Assembly (NCBI RefSeq): GCF_006345805.1
Contig: NC_043015.1
Coordinates: 19,034,001 to 19,098,000 of the forward strand
Direction of reading: 5' to 3'
DNA length: 64,000 nucleotides
From: Octopus sinensis
Lineage: Eukaryota
In this document: piece after piece, positions 1 to 13,699 of the stretch
How the letters are laid out: every line of letters begins with the position of its first letter
How positions within the stretch are numbered: the first letter of the stretch is position 1
Notes under the pieces: model-generated
Told to the model about the DNA's origin: nothing
Seen by the model: only the letters and a program-made list of their open reading frames with translations
The model's database searches: none
Made by a program: the position numbers and the translations under genes

Positions 1-37
<37 letters not shown>

Positions 38-51
38 CCATCATCATCATC

Positions 52-94
<43 letters not shown>

Positions 95-108
95 TAACGA
101 TAATGATG

Positions 109-148
<40 letters not shown>

Positions 149-175
149 TAATAATAATAATAATAATAATAATAA
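1..175. repeat. (ATC)n/(AAT)n compound microsatellite
   Basis: Direct reading of tandem ATC then AAT units. Confidence 0.97.
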
Positions 176-209
176 CTAGCTGGACCCGTGAAAACTTCAC
201 GGAAAACAT
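175..209 (+). mobile_element. Helentron/DINE-1-like (HINE) terminus
   Basis: ACTAGCTGGACCCGTG-AAAACTT-CACGG: ACTAG start plus subterminal hairpin, same design as 49140-49255. Confidence 0.4.
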
Positions 210-289
210 AAACAATATAAGCATCTGTAAATTGTGTGCTGGTGCCATGAGAAATATTACTATATTATGACTTAGAGAATATAGAAAGA

Positions 290-387
290 AGTGTAAAACC
301 GATAACTATATGGTGCTTATTCTCAGTTAAATTACGGGGATGCACACCAACATCGGTTGTTAGGCGATAGTGGTGAAGGAACAAACA

Positions 388-441
<54 letters not shown>

Positions 442-478
442 CAACCAAATCCACTCACCAGACTTTGGTCGACTCCCT
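290..478 (-). mobile_element. SINE fragment with internal (CA)n(TA)n microsatellite
   Basis: Matches tail (caccaacatcggttgt) and head-end (accaaatccactcac...ttggtcg) segments repeated elsewhere in the window. Confidence 0.7.
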
Positions 479-987
479 TTAAAGTATGGAGTTGAATTTC
501 GTGTAGCCACCTGTCGGCAACTTTTCTCCCTCGCACATTTTGTAGTGGGTGTTACTCATTTTTCTAGGTTCTTTCCACAGCTATACCCCGTTCGAAATTT
601 GCATTAGTTTTTGTATCCAAAAAAAAAAGAGGTGGGACTTGTTTGTAGTTTGTAGAGAAAACGTTAAACGTGCCTGGAAAAATGTCATGTTGTTTCCTCT
701 ACCCCAACTAAAAGGCATGAAGAACTATCAAACAAGAGGAATAAGTACCGATGGTGGGGGAAAGAAGAGAGAACTAACACTCGATCCTACTAGAACTCCC
801 AGAATGAAAACCTAAACACCCGAAAGACTTTCCCTCAATTCATTACTAAATGTATTTCCCTCTTCTTCATTGTTAAAAGTAAAGAAACTAGAAAAGATTG
901 ATCGTATTTTAGTCTAACTGCTATTTTAAATGACTGATGCTTTCCTTTCTCTCTCTCTATCACTTCACTCCTTTTTTCTACGGTTAA

Positions 988-1236
988 GAGAGTGAAGGCG
1001 CGTGGCTCAATGGTTAAGGGTATTCAGCTCTCGATCGTAAAGTCATGAGTACGATTCCCAGCGGCGTTCTGTGTTCTTGAGCAAGGTACTGTACTTCAAC
1101 TTGCTGCAGTTCACTCAGCTGGCAAAAATGAGTTGTAGCTGTAATTCAAAGGAGCCAGCTTTGACACATTCTGTGTGAGACTACGTTATGGTATGCATGT
1201 CTGTGGAGAATTCGGCCACTTGCGTGTTAATTTTAC
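988..1236 (+). mobile_element. tRNA-derived SINE (family A)
   Basis: A-box TGGCTCAATGG, degenerate B-box, body ttgagcaagg...cactcagctggcaaaaatgag; homologous to 49958-50279. Confidence 0.85.
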
Positions 1237-1418
1237 GTGATAATGAAAAATGAAAGTGACATCTAATATTTGCTGTAGTTATTTGTGTTTGACTATCAAC
1301 TTTTCTTTCGATCTGTGTATCTACTTTTCTTGTGATGTATGTATCAGCCTACTCTGAGAACACTTCGTCTCTGTTCCTCCTCTGTCTCGCTTTTAATTCA
1401 ACAATGTGTATATGTAGC

Positions 1419-1465
<47 letters not shown>

Positions 1466-1748
1466 TTTTCTTTCGATATATGCATCAGTCTACTCTGAAA
1501 ATACGGATAAACATTTAAAAATAAAAAAAGAACGTCATCTTCCTTTTAGACACCACACCACTCACCATCTCTCTCACTGTCTCTCTTTCTCTCTCATTTC
1601 CTCTCTGTCCCTTTCCTCTCTCCCACTTTGCCACTCACTTGAACTCTATCTCCTCTGGTTCCTCCTCTGTTTAACACTTTTTGTTTCTCTTTTTCTTTAT
1701 ACTTCTCCCTTCAACTGTAGAAAAGTAACAGTAACATCCACAACTATT

Positions 1749-1752
<4 letters not shown>

Positions 1753-1796
<44 letters not shown>

Positions 1797-1877
1797 GGGT
1801 GAGAGAATGTGTTTGAGAGAGAGAGAGGCAAACAGACAGACAAACAGACAGACAGACAGATAGACAGATAGATAGAC

Positions 1878-1960
<83 letters not shown>

Positions 1961-2000
1961 CAGATTTATTTATTGATTGATCGATTGATTGATTGATTGG
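1753..2000. repeat. (AG)n/(AGAC)n/(AGAT)n/(ATTG)n microsatellite
   Basis: Direct reading. Confidence 0.95.
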
Positions 2001-2577
2001 TAACATTTCTGTTTGCAATTTCCATATTTTCAACGAAATTTTCCAGCGTTTTCTGTATAAGAATGGTTCCATTCCCTTTCACTATTATTCTCTATCCACT
2101 CGCTTCTTTCAATAAATCTATCTCACACTAAATTTTCCTCTCTACATCACTCTCTTTTCCAATCCCTCCCCTCTCCTCTCTCCTCCCTCCCCTCTCCTTC
2201 CTCTATGTCTCCTTGCTTCTAACTGTCCTCCTGCGTTTAACGCGTTATATTTCTCTTACTACTCAGCGCTGTCAATCTCCCTCTCTCTCTCATTCTCTCT
2301 TACTTCCTCCTCTTTCCCGCTTTGCCTCCCACTTCAGCTGTACTTCTTCTGCTTCTGTCCCTCTCTTCACTTTGCCACTCACTTCAAGTATATCTCCTCT
2401 GTTTAACATGCTTTATTTCTCTTTTTCCTTGTACTTCTCCCTTCAAACTTTTTACCTATTCTTTTGAAGTAAGTGTGACACACACCACAGGTACGTACAA
2501 AAAAAAACTAAGCGTTTTATTATTATTGATAATTATCAATAATATTATAATCCTTTCTGTTATAGGCCTGATTAAAA

Positions 2578-2609
<32 letters not shown>

Positions 2610-2619
2610 AATAATAATA

Positions 2620-4575
2620 ATTTCTTTTATTTGCTTTTCTTTGCCACCAGGGTAAAGGATGGGGGGGACAATACAAAGACACACATAAAGTGTGGGGTGT
2701 ACAGATAATGGAGTGAAAAAATAAAAAGTGTACACTATATGCATTAGAAGAAGGGAAGTATACGACACTAGAAACAGAGGAAAAAGTGATAGTGGTGGGG
2801 TCTCCTGATACAGGAGGTACTCCAGGGGTAATCAAGGAACCCCACCATCCAACATCACCCTGAATACCAAGGACAACTCCTTTCTTCTGACTCACGGGTC
2901 TACACTGAGAGTGGTACCCTCCACTCTTGCCATTTTCGCAACTTTCACTTTCCTTTTCATAAATTCACTCGAGGACAGCACTTTCCTCTCCACCTTCACT
3001 TTACTTTTCAATTGAAACTTGAAAAAGTTGATAATAGCTTTACCAAAGCTCAATGTTTTTGTCCTCATTCCTTTCAACCTCGTCCACCATACAAGCTCTT
3101 TCACCACAGCCACCAGACAAAAGAAAACCGCCTTGCCAGCCTGATTAAAGGAGGGCGGCGTGGCAATCATCATTATGCACTCGCAACAATAGCTATTCGC
3201 TGGACACTGAACAAGAGCATGCAGAACGGTTTCGTCGCTCTGCACCTCGGACAAGTCCGTCTGACAGCGCATTCGTGCTTGTAGAGTTTATCTCGAACCG
3301 GTATCGCACCCCGGAAGCAATGCCAGACCAAAGGCATCTGGAAATTATGCATTGTAGTCCCCAGCCGGAAAGTCCTCCGGAATAGACTTGTCAGTTAGTC
3401 TTCGTCGACGCCTAGGGTCTCCCCGAGGACATCGTCGTACTTCTCCGCTACTAATCCTCTGTATATAGCTAAAGTGGAACATCCACCGATCCTATTGCCT
3501 GACTTGTAGAGGACAGCGAGCGCCTTCCGACATTCTAAGTGCCAGGCACACTGTTTCGGCCTATCTTTTACCCAGGACTGCAACTCCATCAAGGAGACGA
3601 GCTGTGGAAAGGCGTGTCTCACAAACGGAACCCCCACACGTTCACCTAGAAGTCGTTGAAGGTGGCGCAACCTGAGTGTGTGTCTGCGCATTAAAAACCA
3701 TGGTATGCCTAAGCCGCCATGCAGAGGGAGTTGGCAGCAGACTGACCGCTTGAGCATTGGAAAGCGCCCCTTCCACAAGAAAATAAACAGGATACACTCT
3801 AATCTAATCAAGCAATAACTGGGGCAAGGCATGACGGTCTGACGATAAATAATGACAGAGGAGTGTAGACATTCACCACCTCTCCCCGACCTTTCATGGC
3901 CAATTTCCTCTGCCTGCCCACTTCTGGGTAAGACAGGTCACCCTGTTCATCACCTTTTCCCAATTCTTATCCACCTGGAGGTCAGGACGAAACCAGACCC
4001 CGAACAGTTTAACTGGCCCGTCATTCCAGCGTCCGACGGCATTAGTCTGCTTCTCCAGGTACCCAGACGCAATCCTACCGACTTGTCGCCATTGATTTTA
4101 ACCCCTGCAACCGACTTATATTCCTTTACAATAGAGCCGACCGTTTCCACTTCGGAGGCGTCCGACACTATGACGGTGACGTTGTCCGCATATGCAGACA
4201 TTGCCCTCCCGAGTCCAATTTCAAAAGGGGAGGCCTTCCAACTTCCACAGCAGTGGCTCGATATACAGCACATAAAGAAGAGGTGACAGCAGGCAGCCCT
4301 GACAGACCGAATGTGTGATACTAAATGGTTCCGATAGATGGCCATTTATTTAGACCATCAAGAAGGTGCCGCTGTGCATTGCAGAAATCCAGCCTCTGAA
4401 AACGAGTTAGAAACCGGCCGCTTTAAGGTTGGCCTCCAAGTAGCGATGGACGACGCTATCGAAAGCTTTCGACCGATCTAAATTGACCAGGGCCCCACCG
4501 AAGCTAGCCTTAGTCCCAGCTCTTTTGTACGAGGTGTCGCATAAGGTAGAGGTTCGGTATTGTGCACTTTTGTAC
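2620..4575 (-). mobile_element. Tx1/L1-clade LINE, 5'-truncated and frameshifted (RT, CCHC, 3'UTR)
   Basis: ORF pieces LDRSKAFDSV, AYADNVTV (YADD-like), FLWKGRFPMLKRSVCCQLPLHGGLGIP, ETVLHALVQCP; 3' end aataaaagaaatt(att)n. Confidence 0.88.
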
Positions 4576-4615
4576 CTCCCCAACCAGACTACCAACGACA
4601 AGCGCCATTATTATG

Positions 4616-4798
4616 AAGGCGGTGAGCTGTCAGAATCGTTTGTAAACCGGGCAAGATGTTTAACGGTGTTTCACCAGTCGTTACGTTCTGAGTTCAAATT
4701 CCGCCGAGGTCGATTTTGCCTTTCATCCTTTCGGGGTCGATAAGATAAGTACTAGTGAAACACTGGACTCGATGTAATCGAATTATCCCCTCCCCCAA
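4616..4798 (+). mobile_element. SINE body (ggcggcgagctggcagaa family)
   Basis: ttacgttctgagttcaaattccgccgaggtcga...tttcatcctttcggggtcgataa; also at 6102 and 30625. Confidence 0.85.
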
Positions 4799-4829
4799 AA
4801 TGGCTGCTCTTGTGATAAAATTTGAAACA

Positions 4830-4928
4830 ATTAATATTATTATTATCATTATTATTTTATTAATATTACTATTATTATTGTTGTAGTTATTATTATCATC
4901 GTCTTCATCGTCATCATCATCATCATCA

Positions 4929-5010
<82 letters not shown>

Positions 5011-5040
5011 TATCATAATTGTTTTCATAATTATTATAAT
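4830..5040. repeat. (ATT)n/(ATC)n microsatellite
   Basis: Direct reading. Confidence 0.95.
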
Positions 5041-5041
5041 T

Positions 5042-5430
5042 TGAGGGAGGAGGGGAAATGCTGTCCTCGAGTAAGTTTATTGAAAGGTGAGTGGAAGTTG
5101 CGAAAATGGCAAGAGTAGATAGTATCTCTCTAAATGTAGACTTGTGAGTCGAAGAAATGGAATTGGAAAGGGCTTTTGCCTTTGGTGTTCAGGGAAATGT
5201 TAGATAGTGGGGTTTCTCGATTATCGCAAGAGATCATCCTGTATCTGGAGGATTACCTCTTTATCAACCCCATCTTATTTTAACCTTTGTATACTATGTA
5301 TATATTTCCCTTCCTTTTCATTGTAATACCATGTATACTAACTCTTTTTTTTTGTTATTTATTCATTTTATCGTTTCATTACATGTACTGTCACCCTCAT
5401 CTTTCTAGCTGATGGCAAATAAATGAAATT
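5042..5430 (+). mobile_element. 3' end of a second Tx1/L1 copy, inverted relative to 2620-4575
   Basis: gctgtcctcgagt...gttgcgaaaatggcaagagt matches the reverse complement of ~2920-2985; ends aataaatgaaattaatattatt. Confidence 0.75.
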
Positions 5431-5439
5431 AATATTATT

Positions 5440-8400
5440 ATTTTGGTTTGACTCAGGTTCGGTTTAATTCCTGGCAGGATTTATGCGGGTAGCGGGTTAC
5501 TACTTGTAACTTTAGGTATCCACAAGTTTTCAGCAGTCTTTCAAGTGCTTAGAACCCTCCTGATAATTCTTGCTGTCCCTAAGAGACAAACTTTCTGTTG
5601 GAGCTCTACGGGGTATTCTATTTAATCTCTTTCAGCCGTTTGCCTATATCTTTGCTAACGCACCAATTACCTATAGGCACGACATTTACAGTTTTCATAC
5701 TCCACATTCTTCTTATTTCAAATTTTAAGGGATTGTATGTTTTTCATCCTTTTTCGTTACAATCCTGGAATCAAATGGGGATGATAGGTCGATTAATCTC
5801 CATTTCTAGTAAAAGTTTCCAGTGTAAAACTTTTACAATCTGGTCGTGCCTCCATTTCTTATATTCTTTCTGTGCCAACTTGGGGCATTCTGTCACAATG
5901 TGTGCCACTTTCACGTTCCAAATTCTACAGGCTCTACATTTTCCTGACGCATTCTCTCCATATATATTTTTTATCAAGCTGTCTATTTTTATCGCTCGAT
6001 CTTAGGCTGCTACAATTAGGCTCTCTGTTTCTTTTTTTAATTGTCCTTTTTTAACCAACCCCACATACATTCTCAGTGGCTTTCTAACTTTAGCCATGTA
6101 AAAAGGCGGCGAGCTGCCAGAAACGTTAGCACGCCAAGCGAAATGCTTAGTGGTATTTCGGCTGTTTTTACGTTCTGAGTTCAAATTCCGCCGAGGTCGA
6201 CTTTGCCTTTCATTCTTTCGGGGTCGATAAATTAAGTACCAGTTGCGTACTGGGGTCGATCTAATCGGCTGGTCCCCTCCCCCAAAATATCGAGCTTTGT
6301 GCCTAGAGTAGAAAAGAATATTAGCCATCTAAATTTTCCCTTCGGTCTGTCTGGTGTGCGCTCTTTGAATTTCACACTTGTCCTTTTCTCCTATTACACG
6401 CTTGATCACCTGTTCTTTATTCACTGTCTTTAGTAGTTTTTCTGTGCTGTTCTGTAAATACTCTACTGGTCACTTTCTTTCTATCTGTACACATTTTTCT
6501 ACTGTTTTTAGGCCTCTTCCACCCTGATCTCTCCTTAAGTACAGTCGGTTGATGGTGGGCTTCGGATAGTGGGCTCCATATATTGTCAACAATTTTCTAG
6601 TTTTTCTGTCAGCTTTTTTAAAATCGGTTTTGGCCCAGTCCACGATTCCAACTCAATATCTGATTAAGGGTGCTGCTCTTGAACTTATTGCTTCGATAAG
6701 ATTTTTTGAATTCAGCCTTGACGGCAATAATTTTCTCACTCTTCTTGTGTACTTCCTACTGGTATTTTGTTTCATTTCTTCATTTTTTATTTCGTCTGCT
6801 TCCAGTATTCCCAAGTACTTACATCACTGTCCTTTCTCAACTGCTCTCATTGTTTGCCTATTCGACATATCAGTTCCCTGGCTTCTTTCAAATCTTCCTC
6901 GTTTCATTTTCAAAATAGCGCACTTTTGTATCCATAATTCCATTCCTTCGACATTTGAGAAAAGGCGGATAGTGTGTACAAGACTTTCAAGCTGTTTTCT
7001 CATTTTTTCATGAAAATAAAATGATTTATCTGACCATTTCTCCTAAATCGTAAGCAATTTTAACGTCTCGTAGTATCATAGTGAGTGGTATCATAGTCAA
7101 TACGAACAGTAATAGGGATAAGCTATCACCTTGGAATATTCCATGTCTTATGCCCTCTTTCCGAGTCTTTGTTTTCCTCCGATCGATTTAGTATTCTAAT
7201 GTTTCATACTTTCATCATTGTTTTATTTATCCAACTGTGTGGTACTTTGTCATATGTTTTTTGTAATATAGCCATGCTACATTAAGTTCTATCAATCTGT
7301 GTCTACAATTTCTAATACATTCTATCAACTAACAAGTGATCTCTTGTTGCCCTACTTTGTTTCCTGAATCCTGTCTGTTCTTCTGGAGCGATATTGTTAC
7401 TTTCCAAATGGTTGTATAACTCTTCCGTCAAGAACCGGTCATAAGCTTCCACATTTGTAGTAAACTGGTTTTAGGTCGAAAATTTGATGCAAAGTTCCCT
7501 TTCAATGGATCTTTGAGGCATAGCAGCGTTCATCTACTTGTTACCCAGGCAGGGACGAGACCGTGCTACAAGAAGTCAACCAGTTGCGCAGCGATCCTTT
7601 CATGCAACTGTGTAAAGTTCTTCAGCCAATAGTCTTGTACTCCATCCGGGCTTGGTTCTTTCCAATTTGCTATTTTAAAAAACTTTTGTCTCACTATATA
7701 TAGATTAATTCTGACGTTCTTTTGCATTGGTACTGCTGCAAGTTATCTTTCTACCTTTGTTAGCCACTCATTACTTTCTTTTATGTCTCGCCGACCTGTT
7801 CTACAGCCCCCCCCCCAATTCTTTTTCTTCTGCATCTTGAATCAGTTCTTGATGTTGGCTTCCCTCTATTTCCTCAAAAAGACGCATTTTGTTTAACTGG
7901 GACAGTCTATTCTGTTCGAAACCTTTTAATCTAGCACCATATCTTTTCAATTTGGCCTTTAATGCAGTCAATTCTTCATGTACTGTTTGTTTTTCCCCTT
8001 CTAAGTCCATTCAGTTTTATGAGTACTACCTTGTTCTTGAATTCTCCACTCATTATCCCAGTTCTTTCAGTGTCTTTTCCAGCCTTATTCGTATTTTCTT
8101 CCTCCAGTTTGGTTCTTTCTTGTCATTTCCTTTTATATCATCAGTTTTGCACATGTAGTCTATGTTAGCTACGACATTAGTAGCTATGATTAGCTGGTTT
8201 GTTTCACTGATGTTTTCTGTTTTAATCAAGCTTAAAACATTTACTTTTCCTGTGACTCGCCTCACTTTTTCTCTGGTCATATATCTTACATTTGGTAGTA
8301 CTTCATTATTCCAATAAGATATTTTACCTCGCAATTTTTCTAAAATCTCCTTTTCTTCATCTTTCAAGTTTTGTGCAGTACTTACTGTCACTTGTCCAAC

Positions 8401-8900
8401 TAGATCGTATTTACTTGTTACTTTATCAGCATTCTCTGATATTCTGGGATTTCCATCTTTTTATGTTTTTCATATTCTTCATGTCTTACCCTTTCATTGC
8501 TGCTTTCTGCTACTGCTGTTTCACGCGCCTTCTGTTCCTGTTTTATTATATTATGTTTCTCTGAATTTCTTAATATTTTAAAACAAAAAAATGTCAATAT
8601 GGCTTTCCTTATCGAAGGAAGCAATGGCCTGTTGGAATAGCTGCTATCACATTGCTTTCCCACCCACTAGTCGATGTGATCGAAAAATGAAGAACTGACA
8701 ACAGCAGCAACAGCAGCCGTTCAAGAATTTGGACCTGGAGATCTCCATTTCCAGCAACTCCGAGGAACACCTCCAAGTGGTGTCGGGTATCAACGAAGAG
8801 CCCTCGACTACAACAAGACGACCAAAGTTGTTTTTTTCCTAGGTCTGGGGTCTCCCGCCCCTAAGCCCTAGACCATCACCTAATCACCCTCACCCGGCTT
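5440..8900 (-). mobile_element. R4/Dong-like RLE non-LTR retrotransposon, near full length, degenerate
   Basis: N-terminal KEPNWRKKIRIRLEK, RT remnants, CRACRIW...HIVTECPKLAQKEYKKWRHD (CCHC), RLE remnants; interrupted by a SINE at 6102. Confidence 0.85.
6102..6320 (+). mobile_element. SINE inserted in the R4-like element
   Basis: Near-complete copy of the ggcggcgagctg...agtagaaaagaat family. Confidence 0.88.
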
Positions 8901-9419
8901 GTTGCTTAACAACAACAACAACAACACCAGCAGCAGCAACAGCAAAATAAGCAGCAGCAGCGACGAGCAGGATCTATTTAACAATGATGCAAACACGACC
9001 TCCTCCTCCTTCGTCCCCAACACAAACGCACCACCGCAAACATTAATAAAACAACAGCCGTAGTTCTGTTTTTCTAAACAGAAATGGTTTCGCACAAGCA
9101 TGTAGGAAAATGAGCAAGTCAAATTTACAGAAAAAAAATGTTGAGCGACGCTAAGATGCACTTATCAAAGAATAGCAGGACAGTCTACCTTAACATATCA
9201 GAGTATGTGCAAGAAGACACTAAGAAAAAAATCATGTAAGTGTGTATCATTATAGCCAAGGAGAATGGGGCGAGCGACGTAGGTCCAGATTGAAAAATGT
9301 CTGAGACCTGGACTGTGGTTTAAAATCTTATGTCGCCTGTGGGAGATACTTTGCCTCAGTCGAAGTAAATTCTCAACTGAAGAATCATCTAAAGAAAAAA
9401 ACTGAAGTTTTGTTGCATA

Positions 9420-10360
9420 AGATTTGTTTAAACCAGCAAAAGCACACTGGACTGTTTTTTAAAGTAACTTTGTGCATGTCATACATATTTGCAAATCCTG
9501 AGTTATGTTTATGTATTCGTCTGCATGTTTTGGATTCTCAAAGCACTTATGACTATAGAGAGTGTTGCTGTTTTCAACCCCCTCATTCGGTTGATTTTAA
9601 ATTTCAGATCTTTATATTTTGATTAATATATCTCTTTAAGGGATATATTATCTTCTATTGAGGCTATTACGTCCTTCACAAAGTATCTGGTCGGTTAACT
9701 TTGATCTTCGTATTTGTATATTTTGGTATACCCAATGTATGATTACTTTCCTATTCTCAGAACCTTTTTCTGATGTTTGTCCATACCATCACTTTTCTCT
9801 TAGCATTTCAGAATGCTGGCATAACTTCCAGAATGTAACTCGGAACTTTTATCATGTTTGTAGGTGTATGTTTCTTGCCTAAAACTGGGCCGGCAGAGAT
9901 AATGTGGTTAATTGTTTCTCCCGCATCTTCATACATTCTGCAAATACTTACTGCATTCTACTTCATTTTATGCCTTTGATGGTTTCTAGTAGACTTTGAC
10001 CCTGTGCCGCAATAAAGAAACCTTCAATTTCTGCGTTTCTCAACAAAAGCTAGGATTTTTTATTTCCACTCTTTTCAGATTTTTCCACTAATGGCCATAT
10101 GGAGGTTTTTCTTGTAATTGTTTTATCATGTTATTCTGTCGCCCAAATTTTATTTTAGATGTTAGCTGTTTCCCTATTTCTATTATTTCTCTATTTACTT
10201 CACAGTATTGCAGCCTCTGTTCTATATTTTGCCTGCATTTAGTTTTGCTTAAATAATAGTCTGATTCATCTATAATAATACTTCCTATGATCCGTGTGTG
10301 TTGTACACCGTCTGGTTTATTGATGCTTAAATATTTGCATATCTGTGTTTGATCTAATTT
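9420..10360 (-). mobile_element. Old R4/Dong-like fragment (CCHC + RLE region)
   Basis: Reverse strand reads EGFFIAAQGQSL, GETINHIIS, KVNRPD with stops. Confidence 0.6.
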
Positions 10361-10430
10361 AATTTGATAGTGTTCTCAATGAATTTTTCACTGCTGTTTA
10401 AGTATTTGCATATCTGCGTATGGTCTAATC

Positions 10431-10728
10431 CAGTGGTTCCCAAACTTCTTTTTTATTCAGGCGCACCTTACAAGAAGTCAAAATATTTTGGCGCACTTTG
10501 TATACAAATTCTAAAATTTATTCAAAACGGGTTTTATACATATTAGAATAGCATAAACTATAAAGTAATATACAGATAATTACAAATACAGAAAAATTGC
10601 TTGTACTTACTCTTTATTCAATATATGAAGCAAAGTTATCACTGAAAAATGTTTTTTGGGAAACGTCTTCAATACTGGGACGTATTTGAGAAAGACAAAG
10701 CCTCATTTCTTCTTCGATGCAACTGAGC

Positions 10729-10791
<63 letters not shown>

Positions 10792-10794
10792 ATT

Positions 10795-10825
<31 letters not shown>

Positions 10826-13185
10826 TTCACTCTCTCTCTCTCTCTTTGGATTTGATGTTATTTGAAAATCCCAAATTCTCATAAATACGATATGGAAAAC
10901 TGCATCAAAACGGATAAAGTTTTTCTTTTGCTACTGGGGGTATTCTCCTATAATAGCAATCCAAACTGTATCAATTGGTAACTCAGCATTCTTGATTTTA
11001 AGTCCGCGATCACTGGATACAGATACCAATTCCTCTTCTTCACATATTCACAAATCAATATTCGATGGAATTTTTATGAAGGGATTTCAAACCCAAACAT
11101 ACTCTTCTGTGTTCAATGACGGAAAATAAAAGTCTATTTTTTTCTTCCAGATTTGTCAATTGTTCAAATACAATATGAGTCACTTCTTTTATGCAGCCTT
11201 TACGTATTAAGGGAAGCATTTCGAAGTTACCACCTTCAGCTCTATTTTCCAAATTACAACTTTATTCTTAAATGAAACCAACTTATCTGTCGAAGTGAGT
11301 ATGTTTTCATTTCCGCCTTGTACACTTGTGTTGACGCTATTAAGTTGTGCAAATATCTCTGTTAAATATTCCAGCTTGGAAACCCAAAATTCACACTGTA
11401 GATATTCCAAGAAGCGTTCAACGTTTTTCTTCTTTAATTAAAAACAAACAATTCCTTCTGGAGTTCATGTATGCGACGTAGCACCTTACATTTTGGGAGC
11501 CATGTAACTTTTGTGACTAAGCGCCTATGATGAGAATCCATATCAACACAAATTTGTTCAAATAAGTGACACTTCAACGGCCTAATTTTAATATAATTAA
11601 CCATTTCAATAACTTGGGTTTAATACTTGCTCTACTGGTATTGTTTTTGAAACTAGCACCTCCCTATGTAGGAAGCAATGAGTACGTATAATATTAGGAT
11701 TTTGCTGTTGTATGAGCGATACAAAACCTTTAATAGAGCCTATCATAGATGGTGCCCCGTTGGTACATATTCCAACACATGAATTCCAAGATAAATTCCA
11801 TTTTTTGAGGTAGGCAGATAAAGTGTCTAAAATATGTTGACCTCTTGTAGTGAGTGGCATTTCTTCGCAACAAAAGAACTGATTTATGATTTGGTTACCA
11901 CCAATAAAGCGAATAAATGTAAGTAATTGTGCTTTGTTGCTAATACCAGTTAATTCGTCAACCTGTAGAACAAATCCTGAGCTCTGAAGTTTGCTCTGTA
12001 CATTTCCATCTATATTAGCAGATAAATCCATAATTCTCCTATGGATTGTATTTTTGAGAGCAGAATCTTGCTTATTTCTTGCTCGACTTCATCACCTAAC
12101 ATGATCTTAACCATCTTTCTACAAGCAGGCAAGATAATCGACTCGGCTAAAGTATGCGATTTCGTTTGTAGTGCAATCATTTCGGCTATATCAATAAACG
12201 TGACTTGAGCCTTATCAGAAGCATTCGACCTTTTTTCAAGGACTGTTCTAGCAGTCTTTGGAAATAATTCAGATCCTTACATTGAAAATGTGAGTGTTTA
12301 GTTATAAAATGTTTTTTCAACTTGCTAGGCAACATGCCTTCGTTAGACATCTTTTCACCACAAATAACATACAGTGGAAGAGGTTGATCCACGTTGCCAG
12401 TCCTATGAAACCCAAACTTTAAATAGCTATTGCAATATATACGATTGGGTCGAGCTTTCGCATTATCATCACTACGCTTGGTTGCTTTTGACGAACGTTC
12501 GCTTCAGATTCATAATCGTCACTGTTGTGTTTCTTCTTAAACTTTTCCATTTCATGGGTGATTTTGTCTGTTGATATGAATTGTATCACACAAAGAACAC
12601 ATATTACTAATAGAGTCAAACTGAGACTGAGACATGTGACCAGTGAGCTGTAAAAAGTGACAGCATGTCACATATTATCGGACTCTTTTGAGATGTCTTT
12701 CAAAATTAATTGAAAAGATAAAAAAATGTTGCCACTATATGAATGAAAAAAATTAAAATACAGCCGTATTAAAAGAGTTAGTTCAACATCATATATTTTA
12801 GTTCAATAGTTTATTTTTCACACTTATTATTGAAATGAAAACTGCTGAGATTACGACCGAAATAAACTGAAGCATAGCCATGCACTGAATATATCCATAA
12901 GACATCAATTTCGAGGATAGATTGATGCTTAGTCCTTATCCTTATGAAATTTAAGATTCAAAATTGAATGATACTGCCATACCATAATTAGCCCAAATGA
13001 ATTGAATGATACAGCCACCTCTCATTCTTAGTTTAGAACTTAATATTTAGTTTTTTGGCACTTTGACATTTATATATGAACTTTCAAATGAATTTCGGTT
13101 CGTATTTTTCATATTTTGAAATATTATCTTATTTTTTCGAGGTGCATCTAACTACATCTTGCGGCGCACGGTTTCGGAACCACTG
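10431..13185 (-). mobile_element. hAT DNA transposon, Buster/Charlie (ZBED5/ZBED8-like), both ends present, transposase decayed
   Basis: TIRs CAGTGGTTCCCAAAC / GTTTCGGAACCACTG; flanks gtctaatc / gtctataa; BED-like PLPLYVICGEKMSNEGMLPSKLKKH; LQVDE, CTNGAPSM, HCFLHRE motifs. Confidence 0.92.
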
Positions 13186-13361
13186 GTCTATAATCTAAAT
13201 GAATCAGCTCTCAATAGATTTTCTTTACTCCAAGGTTGCTCTGGAATATTTTAAAGTTGAATTTCATATTTTGTTTTGGGTAAATTTGTGTACTATCTAC
13301 AGTACTGTTTCAAGTTGTTTATCATTTGCATCATTTAACTTGAGATCATTACCGAACCTAT

Positions 13362-13364
<3 letters not shown>

Positions 13365-13398
<34 letters not shown>

Positions 13399-13408
13399 TA
13401 TTATTATT

Positions 13409-13446
<38 letters not shown>

Positions 13447-13488
13447 CAACAACAACAACAACAATAATAATAATAATAATAGTAATAA

Positions 13489-13530
<42 letters not shown>
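13365..13530. repeat. (ATT)n/(AAT)n/(AAC)n microsatellite
   Basis: Direct reading. Confidence 0.95.
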
Positions 13531-13534
<4 letters not shown>

Positions 13535-13699
13535 TAGGCGCTGGCATTCCAACGCCCTTAATAATAATTATATTTTTATAATTATATACTTAAAAATTAA
13601 TTTTACCGATATGGTAATTGTTTATACGCTAGCAACTAATGTAATCATTTTAATGATTACATCCTCACTTTCTAAATATCGCCCATTGGTTTTGATGTA

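Noticed and set aside
8820-8880. Possible HDV-like ribozyme at the 5' end of the R4-like element (ggtct/agacc, gggg/cccc stems)
   Set aside because: On the sense strand L3 is purine-rich and I found no P1.1, P2' or catalytic C in the proper order.
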